NCBI GenBank assembly: GCA_002269645.1
Contig: NIVC01004056.1
Span: 1-62,442 of the forward strand
Length of the DNA stretch: 62,442 nt
Reading direction: 5' to 3'
From: Macrostomum lignano
Lineage: Eukaryota
Positions within the stretch are counted from its first letter, which is position 1. The number at the start of each line of letters is the position of its first letter. Of the stretch, positions 62,399 to 62,442 are shown piece by piece. The translations under genes and the position numbers were made by a program. The notes under the pieces are model-generated. The model had not been told where the DNA came from, ran no database searches, and saw only the letters and a program-made list of their open reading frames with translations.

Positions 62399-62442
62399 GG
62401 TTGTAGCCTAGTGGTTAGAGCATTGGACTCATGGCTGGAAGT
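62399..62442 (+). mobile_element. tRNA-like head (A-box), probable tRNA-derived SINE, cut by the window edge
   Basis: TAGCCTAGTGG fits the Pol III A-box TRGCNNARYGG and is followed by TTAGAGCA. The anticodon stem does not pair, and the B-box would lie outside the window. Confidence 0.4.

Noticed and set aside
62399-62442. Functional tRNA gene
   Set aside because: The anticodon stem does not pair and the sequence is cut by the window edge. It is kept only as a SINE-like head.

Overview
This is animal (eukaryotic) genomic DNA, not prokaryotic. It has spliceosomal GT-AG introns, very dense micro- and minisatellites and occasional 1-nt indels. The style, plus a 28-nt near-match to a flatworm spliced-leader sequence recalled from memory, suggests a Macrostomum-like flatworm (inference). 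Left to right: (1) a frameshifted 5' fragment of a divergent beta-tubulin-like gene; (2) a 5'-truncated, frameshifted Ty3/Gypsy element (RT-RNaseH-integrase, PPT and LTR stub) on the minus strand; (3) a 20-bp satellite made of p53-type half-sites that encloses a LINE endonuclease fragment; (4) a 6-exon, about 2085-aa minus-strand NWD-type STAND/NACHT gene whose hidden last exon, absent from the ORF track, adds a C-terminal Dpy-30 docking/dimerisation motif, the best candidate for a novel system here; (5) an intronless orphan ORF of about 830 aa with two possible degenerate RRMs; (6) two small intronless secreted-protein genes; (7) a complete 4-exon, 531-aa D2-like dopamine receptor whose TM3 exon is missing from the ORF track; (8) the 5' part of an X11/Mint/LIN-10 (APBA) gene with satellite-filled introns; (9) a hAT-like terminus, an SL-like fragment and a tRNA-like head at the right edge. 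Most long ORFs in the supplied track are artefacts of tandem repeats. All gene models were built by hand and no database searches were run.
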